This document shows positions 56,305-64,000 of a DNA stretch of 64,000 bases, in pieces. Both the position numbers and the translations under genes were made by a program. The stretch lies in sequence record PP777464.1; one strand, written 5' to 3'. Position 1 is the stretch's first letter. The number at the start of each line of letters is the position of its first letter. Below the pieces are notes generated by a model, which was given only the letters and a program-made list of their open reading frames with translations, had not been told where the DNA came from and did no database searches.

Positions 56305-56778
56305 ATGGAGATTAAAACTGTTGAGAATGGAAAGATAGATGACATTTTAGAGTTGGACGCATTCAAAGTTCATGATATAATGTTCAATGTAAAGGACATA
56401 ATTCAGTGCTTGTTTTTATGCAGTAAAACTATGCACGACTTCTTTCACAATCCAAATACTAATGTTTTCATACTAACAATCAGTACTAGTAATTCGTTTA
56501 TCATGGGTATGCCTATGAGTACAAATGACGAGTACATTGATTGTGTTATTCGTAACAATGATAATATTACCCCACAATCTGAAGTACGTAAGAAAAAGAA
56601 TACATACACCATCAAAGATGATAAAATCATGATGTGTTGTAGTAAAGGGTTTATTTTGGATAATTTTAAAGTGAAAGATAGTTATCATGATTTTAAAGTA
56701 TCAGAGACACAAACTAATGTAGTTCTTTACGCAAGTGATATTGAAAGCCTAACAGTTAAAGATCCCGATTTGGAGTAA
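56305..56778 (+). CDS. hypothetical protein
   Basis: 157 aa ORF, AAGGA RBS. Confidence 0.8.
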   Translation: MEIKTVENGKIDDILELDAFKVHDIMFNVKDIIQCLFLCSKTMHDFFHNPNTNVFILTISTSNSFIMGMPMSTNDEYIDCVIRNNDNITPQSEVRKKKNTYTIKDDKIMMCCSKGFILDNFKVKDSYHDFKVSETQTNVVLYASDIESLTVKDPDLE

Positions 56779-56780
56779 GT

Positions 56781-56912
56781 ATGGCTAAAAATGTAAACAA
56801 CTTTGTACAAAAGCATATGAATGAGTTTAATAAACCTCAAACACATGTGGACCGTAAAAAAGCAATGAAGAATGGTAAAGTAAAACACAAGTCGAGATTT
56901 ATTCTCGACTAA
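56781..56912 (+). CDS. small basic phage protein (43 aa)
   Basis: Manual translation MAKNVNNFVQKHMNEFNKPQTHVDRKK...; GGAG RBS. Confidence 0.65.
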   Translation: MAKNVNNFVQKHMNEFNKPQTHVDRKKAMKNGKVKHKSRFILD

Positions 56913-56918
56913 TTTTTT
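56890..56918 (+). terminator. intrinsic terminator
   Basis: AGTCGAGA/TCTCGACT stem + T run. Confidence 0.7.
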
Positions 56919-56945
56919 GTCCGAAATTTAGGAGATTGTATTACT

Positions 56946-57794
56946 ATGGATACAACAGATTTTCGTAATTTCAAAAAGTATTCAGTACTTGAACATATCA
57001 ACGAATTTCTGAATTCCCCAACACCATTTGGTATCAGTACATCAGATACATACGATGGATATAGAATCTTCCCATGCAATGACTTTCAAATTTCTGTCAA
57101 AAAAGGTACTTCAAAAGAAGTTGCAATTCGTGATGTAGTACTGTATAGCGATTCTTCTATTTCTTACTGTCATGATGTGAACAATTTTGAATCTCTTTCA
57201 ACACCTAATTGTTCATACTACAAATCCAATGACACAATGATGTACAAAGAAGAACACATCAATGGGGTTTCGTTTTATAAAACCGCCAGCGATAAATCAT
57301 ATACATCTAGAGATGATTTTGGAAAATATACATGCACTATGTATACGGATGATGAAAAATCAAATCGTATTCATTCATTCGAATCCAAATTCAAAGAGAG
57401 TGAAGTTTCAAATATCACTATACAAGAAAAGGTTACCGAAGATGGTGTTGTGTATCGTAGTACTGCATTCTTCCGAATGAAAGATATTGCAACTGGTCGC
57501 CCAATGATGTATAATATTGACATATTCATGAAAGGTGAATCATCGGAAGTGGTGATTAGTACTGGTTATCGTACCAACTACACATTTACAATGGAATCAC
57601 CTGATGCATCGTTGGTACATCTATTCAACAATTTATATACTTTCCAATTCGAACTTGGTTTCGAAACAAATGAATATCAAATATTTGAGATATTAAAAAG
57701 TAATATTATTAATAAATTGGAATATTACTTCAAGTTAGGTGGGAAGATGAACATAGTTAATACTATGTTACGCAACATAAAAGAAACAATGTAA
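56946..57794 (+). CDS. hypothetical protein
   Basis: 282 aa ORF, AGGAG RBS. Confidence 0.85.
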   Translation: MDTTDFRNFKKYSVLEHINEFLNSPTPFGISTSDTYDGYRIFPCNDFQISVKKGTSKEVAIRDVVLYSDSSISYCHDVNNFESLSTPNCSYYKSNDTMMYKEEHINGVSFYKTASDKSYTSRDDFGKYTCTMYTDDEKSNRIHSFESKFKESEVSNITIQEKVTEDGVVYRSTAFFRMKDIATGRPMMYNIDIFMKGESSEVVISTGYRTNYTFTMESPDASLVHLFNNLYTFQFELGFETNEYQIFEILKSNIINKLEYYFKLGGKMNIVNTMLRNIKETM

Positions 57795-57810
57795 TTATGG
57801 AGGATTTGGT

Positions 57811-58104
57811 ATGGATACTAAATTCAAACTTATTTTCAAAACAGAGCCGTATATCCCTTATACTGGTGAACGTTTTATTCCACCTGGTGCAGTGGAGATT
57901 GAGCATCCTGATGGAACAAAATTGTATCTCAGCCCATGTTCGTATGAACGTGCAGTTGAAATGCTAATTATGAATAGCAAACACTGTAGTAATAAGTACA
58001 TTAGCTACTTATACAATGAACATATTCTAGAATTTAATGATGAGAATATGTTTATGCTGGCTATTAACGATTTCAATAACTGGCACGAAAGTTTGACTAT
58101 TTGA
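57811..58104 (+). CDS. hypothetical protein
   Basis: GGAGG RBS. Confidence 0.8.
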   Translation: MDTKFKLIFKTEPYIPYTGERFIPPGAVEIEHPDGTKLYLSPCSYERAVEMLIMNSKHCSNKYISYLYNEHILEFNDENMFMLAINDFNNWHESLTI

Positions 58105-58114
58105 TAAAATATTG

Positions 58115-58142
58115 TGGACATGACAATTCCTTGTGATATAAT
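58115..58142 (+). promoter_or_regulatory. sigma70-type promoter
   Basis: TGGACA-16-TATAAT with extended -10 TG. Confidence 0.6.
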
Positions 58143-58175
58143 GTTCACATCTTTTTTTGATAAATGGAGATATAG

Positions 58176-58562
58176 ATGAATACAAGTTCTGTTCTAAAAG
58201 CTATTGGTGGTGTACTTCTGATTGAAGTCCAGGGTGAACCTAAGCTATGTTGCTTAGAAGACATGAAGAATACTAAACACTTCAGTACTGGACAGATTTT
58301 CAATGCTATTCGTGTTCTTAACGACAAATCAGTACAAGACTATGGAAAGGTATGGCCTTCGTATGTAAATCCTGAAGGTGAAATTAGTGCTGATTGGAAA
58401 ACAATTGAAGCAGTACGTGTGAGTTGTGAGAGCGATTGGGATTTCATCGTTGAAGTATGTGACCAACTGCAAGAAGATGTGCCAGAGATTATCGAACGTA
58501 AAGAAGTTCTAGCACAACTTGATAAATTCCGTCACGGTACTCTACCGTATGACGTAATCTAA
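58176..58562 (+). CDS. hypothetical protein
   Basis: GGAG RBS. Confidence 0.8.
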   Translation: MNTSSVLKAIGGVLLIEVQGEPKLCCLEDMKNTKHFSTGQIFNAIRVLNDKSVQDYGKVWPSYVNPEGEISADWKTIEAVRVSCESDWDFIVEVCDQLQEDVPEIIERKEVLAQLDKFRHGTLPYDVI

Positions 58563-58613
58563 TCTGATTTATTAAAAACTATCTAACTAACATTATATAA
58601 AAAGGAATTTAAA

Positions 58614-58919
58614 ATGGAAGACAACGGAATGAAATTTGATATGTTTGAAGGTATACCAGAGTTCGATTTCAATAAACTTGAAAATGGTGAAGAATCAGAA
58701 CTAGTAAGTGTTACACTAAAATCAGATACCAAAAAGAAATATTCCCCATCAGTTCGTTCACGTTCTCAAGAAGAATATGAAACCTTCATTGAGAGTATTC
58801 ATTACGAAACGTTCCATCATGCAGATGGTACTCCGTATGAAGTTCGTGTTACAGTACTGAAGCCTGAAGTAAACCCAATGGAAAATCTACGTCCTGTTTA
58901 CTGCTGGGCAAGCCACTAA
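58614..58919 (+). CDS. acidic hypothetical protein
   Basis: AAGGA RBS, followed by terminator. Confidence 0.8.
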   Translation: MEDNGMKFDMFEGIPEFDFNKLENGEESELVSVTLKSDTKKKYSPSVRSRSQEEYETFIESIHYETFHHADGTPYEVRVTVLKPEVNPMENLRPVYCWASH

Positions 58920-58926
58920 TAAACCA

Positions 58927-58956
58927 AAGGACGGGATATAATATCTCGTCTTTTTT
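58927..58956 (+). terminator. intrinsic terminator
   Basis: GGACGGGAT/ATCTCGTCT stem + T8. Confidence 0.7.
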
Positions 58957-58970
58957 TTGTCTGGAGATAT

Positions 58971-59819
58971 ATGAAACTTTATCTAATCGTTGACTACAGT
59001 AAGGGTTATTATGACTACGCAGAAGAATCTGAAGGGTATTGCTCGTCTACTAATGTCAATGTACGCACCAGTAGTACACATGAGCATGAATCTATTACAA
59101 ACCTAAAAGATTTCATCGCATATCGAGCATTTGAAAAGAATTTCTGTCGTAGTAGATATTCGAAGTTTGAGTACCCGTTAATTGATGTTCCTGATGAATT
59201 GATGTTCCAGTTAATGCTAACTGGAGTACAAGATTATGATTACATCGCGTACAATCACATTACTAAGAAAATTTATATCGGTACGTCAACACATGACATT
59301 TCTATGTATGCATCATGCCCGGATGATCGAATGAATGATAGAAAATCATACTATAGTGGATCAGTTGGTTCAAATGATTCATTAAATAAAAATTTATTCT
59401 TTGAGTACGAGTTTGATAATCATCGAGGGAAAAAAGACCGAGAAGATTATTGTACTGAAATTGATAGTACCAATGGATATGAAGAAGTGAAAGAAGCGAT
59501 AATGCCATATATCCTTGACAAGTACTACAAAGATTTTCAGTACTGTAGTAATTTTCTAATCCGAAATTCTATCATAATCGGTCGTCAAAGTACTGCATTC
59601 TCTAAGTACTACAATGATTCCCCTGTTGCTGAAAATGAAAACTGTAATATTCTCTCAATTCCACGTGAAGATATGGTATTCATGTTCACATCTTTCATTG
59701 AAGATGATGAGTTGTATGTAAAAAACAAGCACAGGTTCATGCCAAGTAAGATTGAGGTTATGAGAAGCTTAAGTGCAGATATCTTAACTAATTTCACTGA
59801 AAAAACAGAATACAACTGA
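58971..59819 (+). CDS. hypothetical protein with family B-like motif
   Basis: VPDELMFQLMLT; GGAG RBS. Confidence 0.8.
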   Translation: MKLYLIVDYSKGYYDYAEESEGYCSSTNVNVRTSSTHEHESITNLKDFIAYRAFEKNFCRSRYSKFEYPLIDVPDELMFQLMLTGVQDYDYIAYNHITKKIYIGTSTHDISMYASCPDDRMNDRKSYYSGSVGSNDSLNKNLFFEYEFDNHRGKKDREDYCTEIDSTNGYEEVKEAIMPYILDKYYKDFQYCSNFLIRNSIIIGRQSTAFSKYYNDSPVAENENCNILSIPREDMVFMFTSFIEDDELYVKNKHRFMPSKIEVMRSLSADILTNFTEKTEYN

Positions 59820-59848
59820 GACATACCATAAGTTTATGATATAATGTA

Positions 59849-59881
59849 AGGTGACAGCAGAATATGTTGTCGCCTTTTTTT
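59849..59881 (+). terminator. intrinsic terminator
   Basis: AGGTGACAGCA/TGTTGTCGCCT stem + T run. Confidence 0.7.
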
Positions 59882-60495
59882 AATCCTGAAAGGTTCCATA
59901 TGGAAATGATTAAAGCCTAATCCACTCGAAAAGTAGAGGGTAGATGAGTAGTCCTTTCAGTACGAACAGCAAATGAAACCCGTTAGATGATGGCATAGTT
60001 TGAACCACTCACGGCAATGCGGCTGTATAAAGAACTCCAATAGGATAAAGAGAGTTCCTCGATAGACATATAAGGATCGCACCTTACCAATTATCTAAGG
60101 GAGATTTCATGAGAAATTTGCGGTCGTAATTTATACAATATAGTTGCGTCCAAAATTCGTGAAATCAAATACAAGTACTGGTCATATGGTATTTGTATTA
60201 TGTGTCGGGATGTTTAAGACCGACGACCGTTGCTACAAGAACCGCGATAGAGAGAAACAGAGCAACCCGCTTTCGCCTCGTAAGAGAATTCGTGATATGA
60301 ACTATGTGAAGGCCACCAGCGTCAAACTTTTTTTGTTCTTTCCCCTGCGGGGGGGATGAAATATGCTCAAGCAAACCCCGTCAATATTAATTAAAACAAA
60401 TCATAGTACTTTCGTCGAATTAGACATGCGAAGCGTGTATAATTCGACTGGTGTTGATGTAGTCAACGCCATGTACAGTCATTGATGTTTCCATA
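59882..60495. ncRNA. candidate large structured non-coding RNA (~600 nt)
   Basis: Long intergenic block, more GC-rich than flanks, many hairpins with G-U pairs; only a weak TTG-start 71 aa ORF. Confidence 0.4.
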
Positions 60496-60501
60496 GGAAT
60501 A

Positions 60502-61047
60502 ATGATGTCATTTATTAAAAAATCTAAAAGCGTCACTTATAAAACACTAGAATTTGTTGATTCAGACAATCAGAACCAAGACCAAGAGAATTTTACTGGT
60601 TTTGTTGTGATTAAAGAAAAGGGATGTATTTCGTACATCAAAGAGTTGCAGTGCGGTTTTGAATTAACTTCCATTAAGTTATTCCCAACCAAGAAGCCTA
60701 CAATTCTTAAAGCTCGTTATGGGAACTACTACGAAGAGCGTTATAGTAATAATCTAATCAGTGCGAAAGCACATATCGTCAATGGAGAACTAGAAGGAGA
60801 ATATAGAAAATTCAACCCACAAGGAAAATGTGTTTGGGTTAAATACTTCAATTCAGGAAATGATGTAACATCAGAAATTATTGAGTTTTTAGGTTTAACA
60901 TGTACCCTTGAAACTCTTCATGATTACAAATTTAATACTGAAGAAGAGTTTAATCTGATGATGCGTTATGGATCACATTTTAAATTTTTATATGAATACA
61001 ACATTGACAGTAGTACTTTTGATGACATAGTACTTAACTGTCTATAA
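60502..61047 (+). CDS. hypothetical protein with MORN-variant-like repeat
   Basis: GELEGEYRKFNPQGKCVWVKYFNSG; AGGA RBS. Confidence 0.7.
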   Translation: MMSFIKKSKSVTYKTLEFVDSDNQNQDQENFTGFVVIKEKGCISYIKELQCGFELTSIKLFPTKKPTILKARYGNYYEERYSNNLISAKAHIVNGELEGEYRKFNPQGKCVWVKYFNSGNDVTSEIIEFLGLTCTLETLHDYKFNTEEEFNLMMRYGSHFKFLYEYNIDSSTFDDIVLNCL

Positions 61048-61063
61048 TCAAAGGAAATTATGT

Positions 61064-61588
61064 ATGTCGAAGAAGGATGCTTCGAAGAAAAAACAATCAG
61101 TACATTTCAGTACTGGGAAAGATAACTGGACTACTCCAAAGGATTTCTTTGAAGATTTGGATGAACTCTGGGGATTTACACTAGATGCAGCATGTGTTAA
61201 AGAAACAGCATTGTGTGATAATTTCTTTACACCAGAAGACAATTCACTTGAACAGGACTGGGGAAACAATATCGTGTGGCTCAACCCACCGTACAGTGAT
61301 TTGAAAACGTGGTTATCTAAGGCAGTTGATGCATATAACAAAGGTGCTACAGTACTGATTCTCGTACCATCAAGAACTGATACTATAGCCTTTCAGGATT
61401 ATGCTGCGAAAGTTTGTGATTGTATTTGTTTTATAAAAGGTCGCTTAAAGTTCGGTATCCCTGAAGAACCAGATAAAAAGACTGACAGTGCTCCATTCCC
61501 TAGTTGTTTAATAGTACTGGATAAGTATTTGACTCCAGCTAAAATCAACCATCTTAAATCTATTGGTCAGGTGATGAAGAACATATGA
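61064..61588 (+). CDS. phage DNA N6-adenine methyltransferase (phage Dam family)
   Basis: WTTP..FF..L...GFTLDAAC, catalytic NPPY, LVPSRTDT, FIKGRLKF. Confidence 0.85.
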   Translation: MSKKDASKKKQSVHFSTGKDNWTTPKDFFEDLDELWGFTLDAACVKETALCDNFFTPEDNSLEQDWGNNIVWLNPPYSDLKTWLSKAVDAYNKGATVLILVPSRTDTIAFQDYAAKVCDCICFIKGRLKFGIPEEPDKKTDSAPFPSCLIVLDKYLTPAKINHLKSIGQVMKNI

Positions 61589-62118
61589 AAGAAACATGCG
61601 TAGTGACATTCGGAAGAATTAACCCTGTACATCGAGGTCATGGTTTAGTGTTTGAAAAAGCTCAAGCACTACAAGAACAGTACAATGCTGATTTGAAAAT
61701 ATTCCTTAGTACCAGTACTGATGCCATCAAAAACCCATTACCTCCTGAACTGAAAATGTACTATACAGAAGGATTTTACCCATCTGTACAAGAAAATATC
61801 TATACAGAAGATAATCTGTTTGATATAATGAGAGAACTGGATGGAAAGTACTTAGATGTTCTTTTCATATGTGGTTCAGATAGACTTGAACCATTCCAAA
61901 AAACACTTGACACGTACAATGGGAAGTTATATAATTTTTGTTCAATCAAGGCAGTTCAAGCTGGAATTGACCGAAATATAAGTCGCTACAGTTCCACACA
62001 GATGCGTGAGTTTGCCAAGAATGAAGATTTTAATAGCTTCAGTACTTTTCTACCTGGTAATGATGATGCACTGAAAACTAAACTATTTGAAGATGTAATA
62101 AAATACATGAGGAAATAA
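61585..62118 (+). CDS. cytidylyltransferase-like (HIGH-superfamily) nucleotidyltransferase
   Basis: TFGRINPVHRGH (HxGH), NPL, GSDR, SST.MR motifs. Confidence 0.8.
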   Translation: MKETCVVTFGRINPVHRGHGLVFEKAQALQEQYNADLKIFLSTSTDAIKNPLPPELKMYYTEGFYPSVQENIYTEDNLFDIMRELDGKYLDVLFICGSDRLEPFQKTLDTYNGKLYNFCSIKAVQAGIDRNISRYSSTQMREFAKNEDFNSFSTFLPGNDDALKTKLFEDVIKYMRK

Positions 62119-62120
62119 CT

Positions 62121-62414
62121 ATGTCAGTACTGTTTAAAACTAACCCAGTACTTTGGGATCAGAATGAGGATTCGGGTTTCCGTTCAATCCATGTTGAATT
62201 CAAAGGTAATACGGTGGTTGCAATCATTGCAAACAAAACTTTAGGAAACTGGACTGCACAAGTTGTTCCTATGGGATATTCTTATACATCTGATGAAGTT
62301 GCGTTTCTGGCTGAATTATATAGTCAAACACCATTCATCATCAATGTTCTAGAGCGTAGTGATAAGTTAACACATGACGAAGTAATTGACTTCCTGGCGA
62401 ACTTACATGTCTGA
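62121..62414 (+). CDS. hypothetical protein
   Basis: GAGGA RBS. Confidence 0.75.
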   Translation: MSVLFKTNPVLWDQNEDSGFRSIHVEFKGNTVVAIIANKTLGNWTAQVVPMGYSYTSDEVAFLAELYSQTPFIINVLERSDKLTHDEVIDFLANLHV

Positions 62415-62694
62415 TGATTCAAATCTAACAGGTTATTTTTTGCAAGAATCAATGATCAAATTCAGTGAACATTTTCCAGTACTAGATGGTGTGGAGATGT
62501 GGCATGTAAAACCACTCTTCCACACTTTCAGTAAAGAGCACAAAATGTTATTGACTGAGGCTTGTAAATCGAATAAAATATGCCAAATCAAGATTGGTGT
62601 AAATGTCTACAAAGGATTAGTCATCTTTTTTGACAACAACAGCAACTACTTTTATATTGTTAAGGAGCATTACGTTGACAAATACAAATACTAA
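62407..62694 (+). CDS. hypothetical protein
   Basis: ORF overlapping previous stop; start moved to ATG 62407. Confidence 0.7.
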   Translation: MSDDSNLTGYFLQESMIKFSEHFPVLDGVEMWHVKPLFHTFSKEHKMLLTEACKSNKICQIKIGVNVYKGLVIFFDNNSNYFYIVKEHYVDKYKY

Positions 62695-63289
62695 TACATA
62701 TTTTCGTTATCTTCGCCTAGGGCTTTCCCTACGCCCAATCCGTGGTAAGTGTGATTCACTTGCTGATTTGGATTATGCATATGCATTACATTGTGATGGT
62801 GTTCAATATGTATTAGGTGACTATGGCACATTCGAAGAATCCAATGACAGTTCAGAAATTATTGCTGGTGTTGCTAACCTTAACAACATTGCCAATAGTT
62901 CTCGTCATGAAATCGTTCTTGAAATTCAGAACTTCATTGAGAAAAATACTGGCAAGCGTACATGGTCATATGTCGGTACTGATGCACAAATGTCAATCGC
63001 ATTTGGTAACGAAGATGGTTATGTAGCACAACTTATTATGGATTTTGAATCAGAAGAGAAGTTCCAAGAATACAAAGAAAAAATCATCCAATCCTTATTG
63101 CAAATGGGTATTCCTGAAGATCGTATGCCTGAAATTCAAAGCATTGATGAGTTTGTTCTTATCCCATCTGATGAAAAATATGATGCGATGTTCACAGCAC
63201 TGAACATTCCTGGTGTAGTGGTTGAGTACTTCGATGATGGTGATAGTGACATTTACCTAGATCTCGACGACGATGATGACGATGAATAA
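62630..63289 (+). CDS. acidic hypothetical protein
   Basis: Long ORF with Asp-rich tail, followed by terminator; true start uncertain. Confidence 0.7.
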   Translation: MTTTATTFILLRSITLTNTNTNTYFRYLRLGLSLRPIRGKCDSLADLDYAYALHCDGVQYVLGDYGTFEESNDSSEIIAGVANLNNIANSSRHEIVLEIQNFIEKNTGKRTWSYVGTDAQMSIAFGNEDGYVAQLIMDFESEEKFQEYKEKIIQSLLQMGIPEDRMPEIQSIDEFVLIPSDEKYDAMFTALNIPGVVVEYFDDGDSDIYLDLDDDDDDE

Positions 63290-63294
63290 TACAT

Positions 63295-63323
63295 ATAGCC
63301 CGACATAAGTTCGGGCTATTTTT
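63295..63323 (+). terminator. intrinsic terminator
   Basis: ATAGCCCGA/TCGGGCTAT + T run. Confidence 0.8.
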
Positions 63324-63335
63324 GTAAGGGGAAAT

Positions 63336-63605
63336 ATGAATTACAAACATATACAATTCACTTATATGGAATTATTTAAATTACACCACAATCACCGAAG
63401 TACTAACACAATTAATAAAAATGCGTTTACCCATAAAATATGGTCAAATTATCTAGAAGAATTACGTGAGTATTTTGTTAATACTGAAATTGTCATTAAT
63501 GGAAAAAAACGAAAGATACTTAGAGTAGATAGTTTCGGTGGTAGATTAGTACTTTCATATAAATTTGATAACGACCTATTCTCTGTGGATTTGGTGAATA
63601 TATGA
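63336..63605 (+). CDS. hypothetical protein, paralog family C
   Basis: MNYKHIQFTY. Confidence 0.75.
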   Translation: MNYKHIQFTYMELFKLHHNHRSTNTINKNAFTHKIWSNYLEELREYFVNTEIVINGKKRKILRVDSFGGRLVLSYKFDNDLFSVDLVNI

Positions 63606-63862
63606 ATTATAAAGATTTCCAATTAACATTCAAGTGCATTCGTGACCTAGCAAATAAAAATAATAGTATATTTTTAGAAGATACATGTAATGAAATGATT
63701 AATACTGTGCGTGAGAGGATTAAAGAAAAATTCAGTACTGTAATTATTAATAACGATCATGCAGAATTTTCAGATATAATCATTAAGCTCGATGGTAAAG
63801 TTGAGGTACAGTTCTTCACAGATTTTGGATTTACGAGTGTTCCTCTGGAGATATTCCCTTGA
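63602..63862 (+). CDS. hypothetical protein, paralog family C
   Basis: MNYKDFQLTF. Confidence 0.75.
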   Translation: MNYKDFQLTFKCIRDLANKNNSIFLEDTCNEMINTVRERIKEKFSTVIINNDHAEFSDIIIKLDGKVEVQFFTDFGFTSVPLEIFP

Positions 63863-64000
63863 AATTAAATTTGAATGATGTTCAATTCACATATAAAAAT
63901 ATATACGGTTTGTATGACATGTATCTTTTTAGTGGGAAGATTGGTGAACATGTAGAATCAAAAGAATCACCATTTATTCATAATTACTATGATTACTTAG
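63859..64000 (+). CDS. hypothetical protein, paralog family C (runs off window)
   Basis: TTG start overlapping previous stop; LNDVQFTYKNIY. Confidence 0.55.
   Translation, partial: MKLNLNDVQFTYKNIYGLYDMYLFSGKIGEHVESKESPFIHNYYDYL

Noticed and set aside
59940-60400. tmRNA, RNase P RNA or group I intron identity for the non-coding block
   Set aside because: Only short resemblances (GCAAATGA; AACAGAGCAACCCGC; AATTTGCGG). No tRNA-like ends, ordered conserved core or interrupted host gene, so left as an unassigned candidate.
2497-61341. Minus-strand ORFs of 60-136 aa in the ORF track (e.g. 2497, 6267, 12459, 30387, 46783, 61048)
   Set aside because: Antisense shadows of well-supported + strand genes; no RBS and no family motifs.
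8094-63026. Alternative-frame + strand ORFs nested in real genes (e.g. 8094, 29864, 32302, 39120, 39449, 41959, 45354, 45704, 57262, 62817)
   Set aside because: Fully overlap better-supported ORFs, with implausible composition and no RBS.
1-64000. tRNA/rRNA genes, integrase, transposase, reverse transcriptase
   Set aside because: No cloverleaf with T-loop/CCA signature and no recognisable catalytic motifs seen on manual reading.

Overview
AT-rich dsDNA bacteriophage segment, almost entirely + strand coded. No capsid, tail, replication or tRNA genes were seen. The architecture, plus E. coli-type sigma70 promoters and Chi sites, suggests the left end of a jumbo phage of Enterobacterales (RaK2/GAP32/CBB-like by inference only). 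Zone 1 (1 to ~20.9 kb) looks like an early/host-takeover region, possibly a long terminal repeat. It has ~55 small genes, most with their own promoter + 5' hairpin + Shine-Dalgarno cassette, and includes H-NS-like, TraR/DksA, GNAT and kinase-like genes. It also holds 11 Chi sites and two families of promoter-driven, ORF-less candidate small RNAs (10 and 3 copies). Zone 2 (21.1-27.3 kb) is a tandem array of 28 small paralogs sharing an LGTNYQE-like motif. Zone 3 (27.3-60 kb) carries ~55 divergent paralogs sharing an acidic EEExFQxSL(V/I) motif. It is followed by a ~650 bp hairpin-rich non-coding block, a DNA adenine methyltransferase and a nucleotidyltransferase. The palindrome AGTACT is strongly over-represented, but is replaced by (A)GTACA across 29.0-37.4 kb, ending near a 50-N assembly gap. 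All counts are from manual reading.
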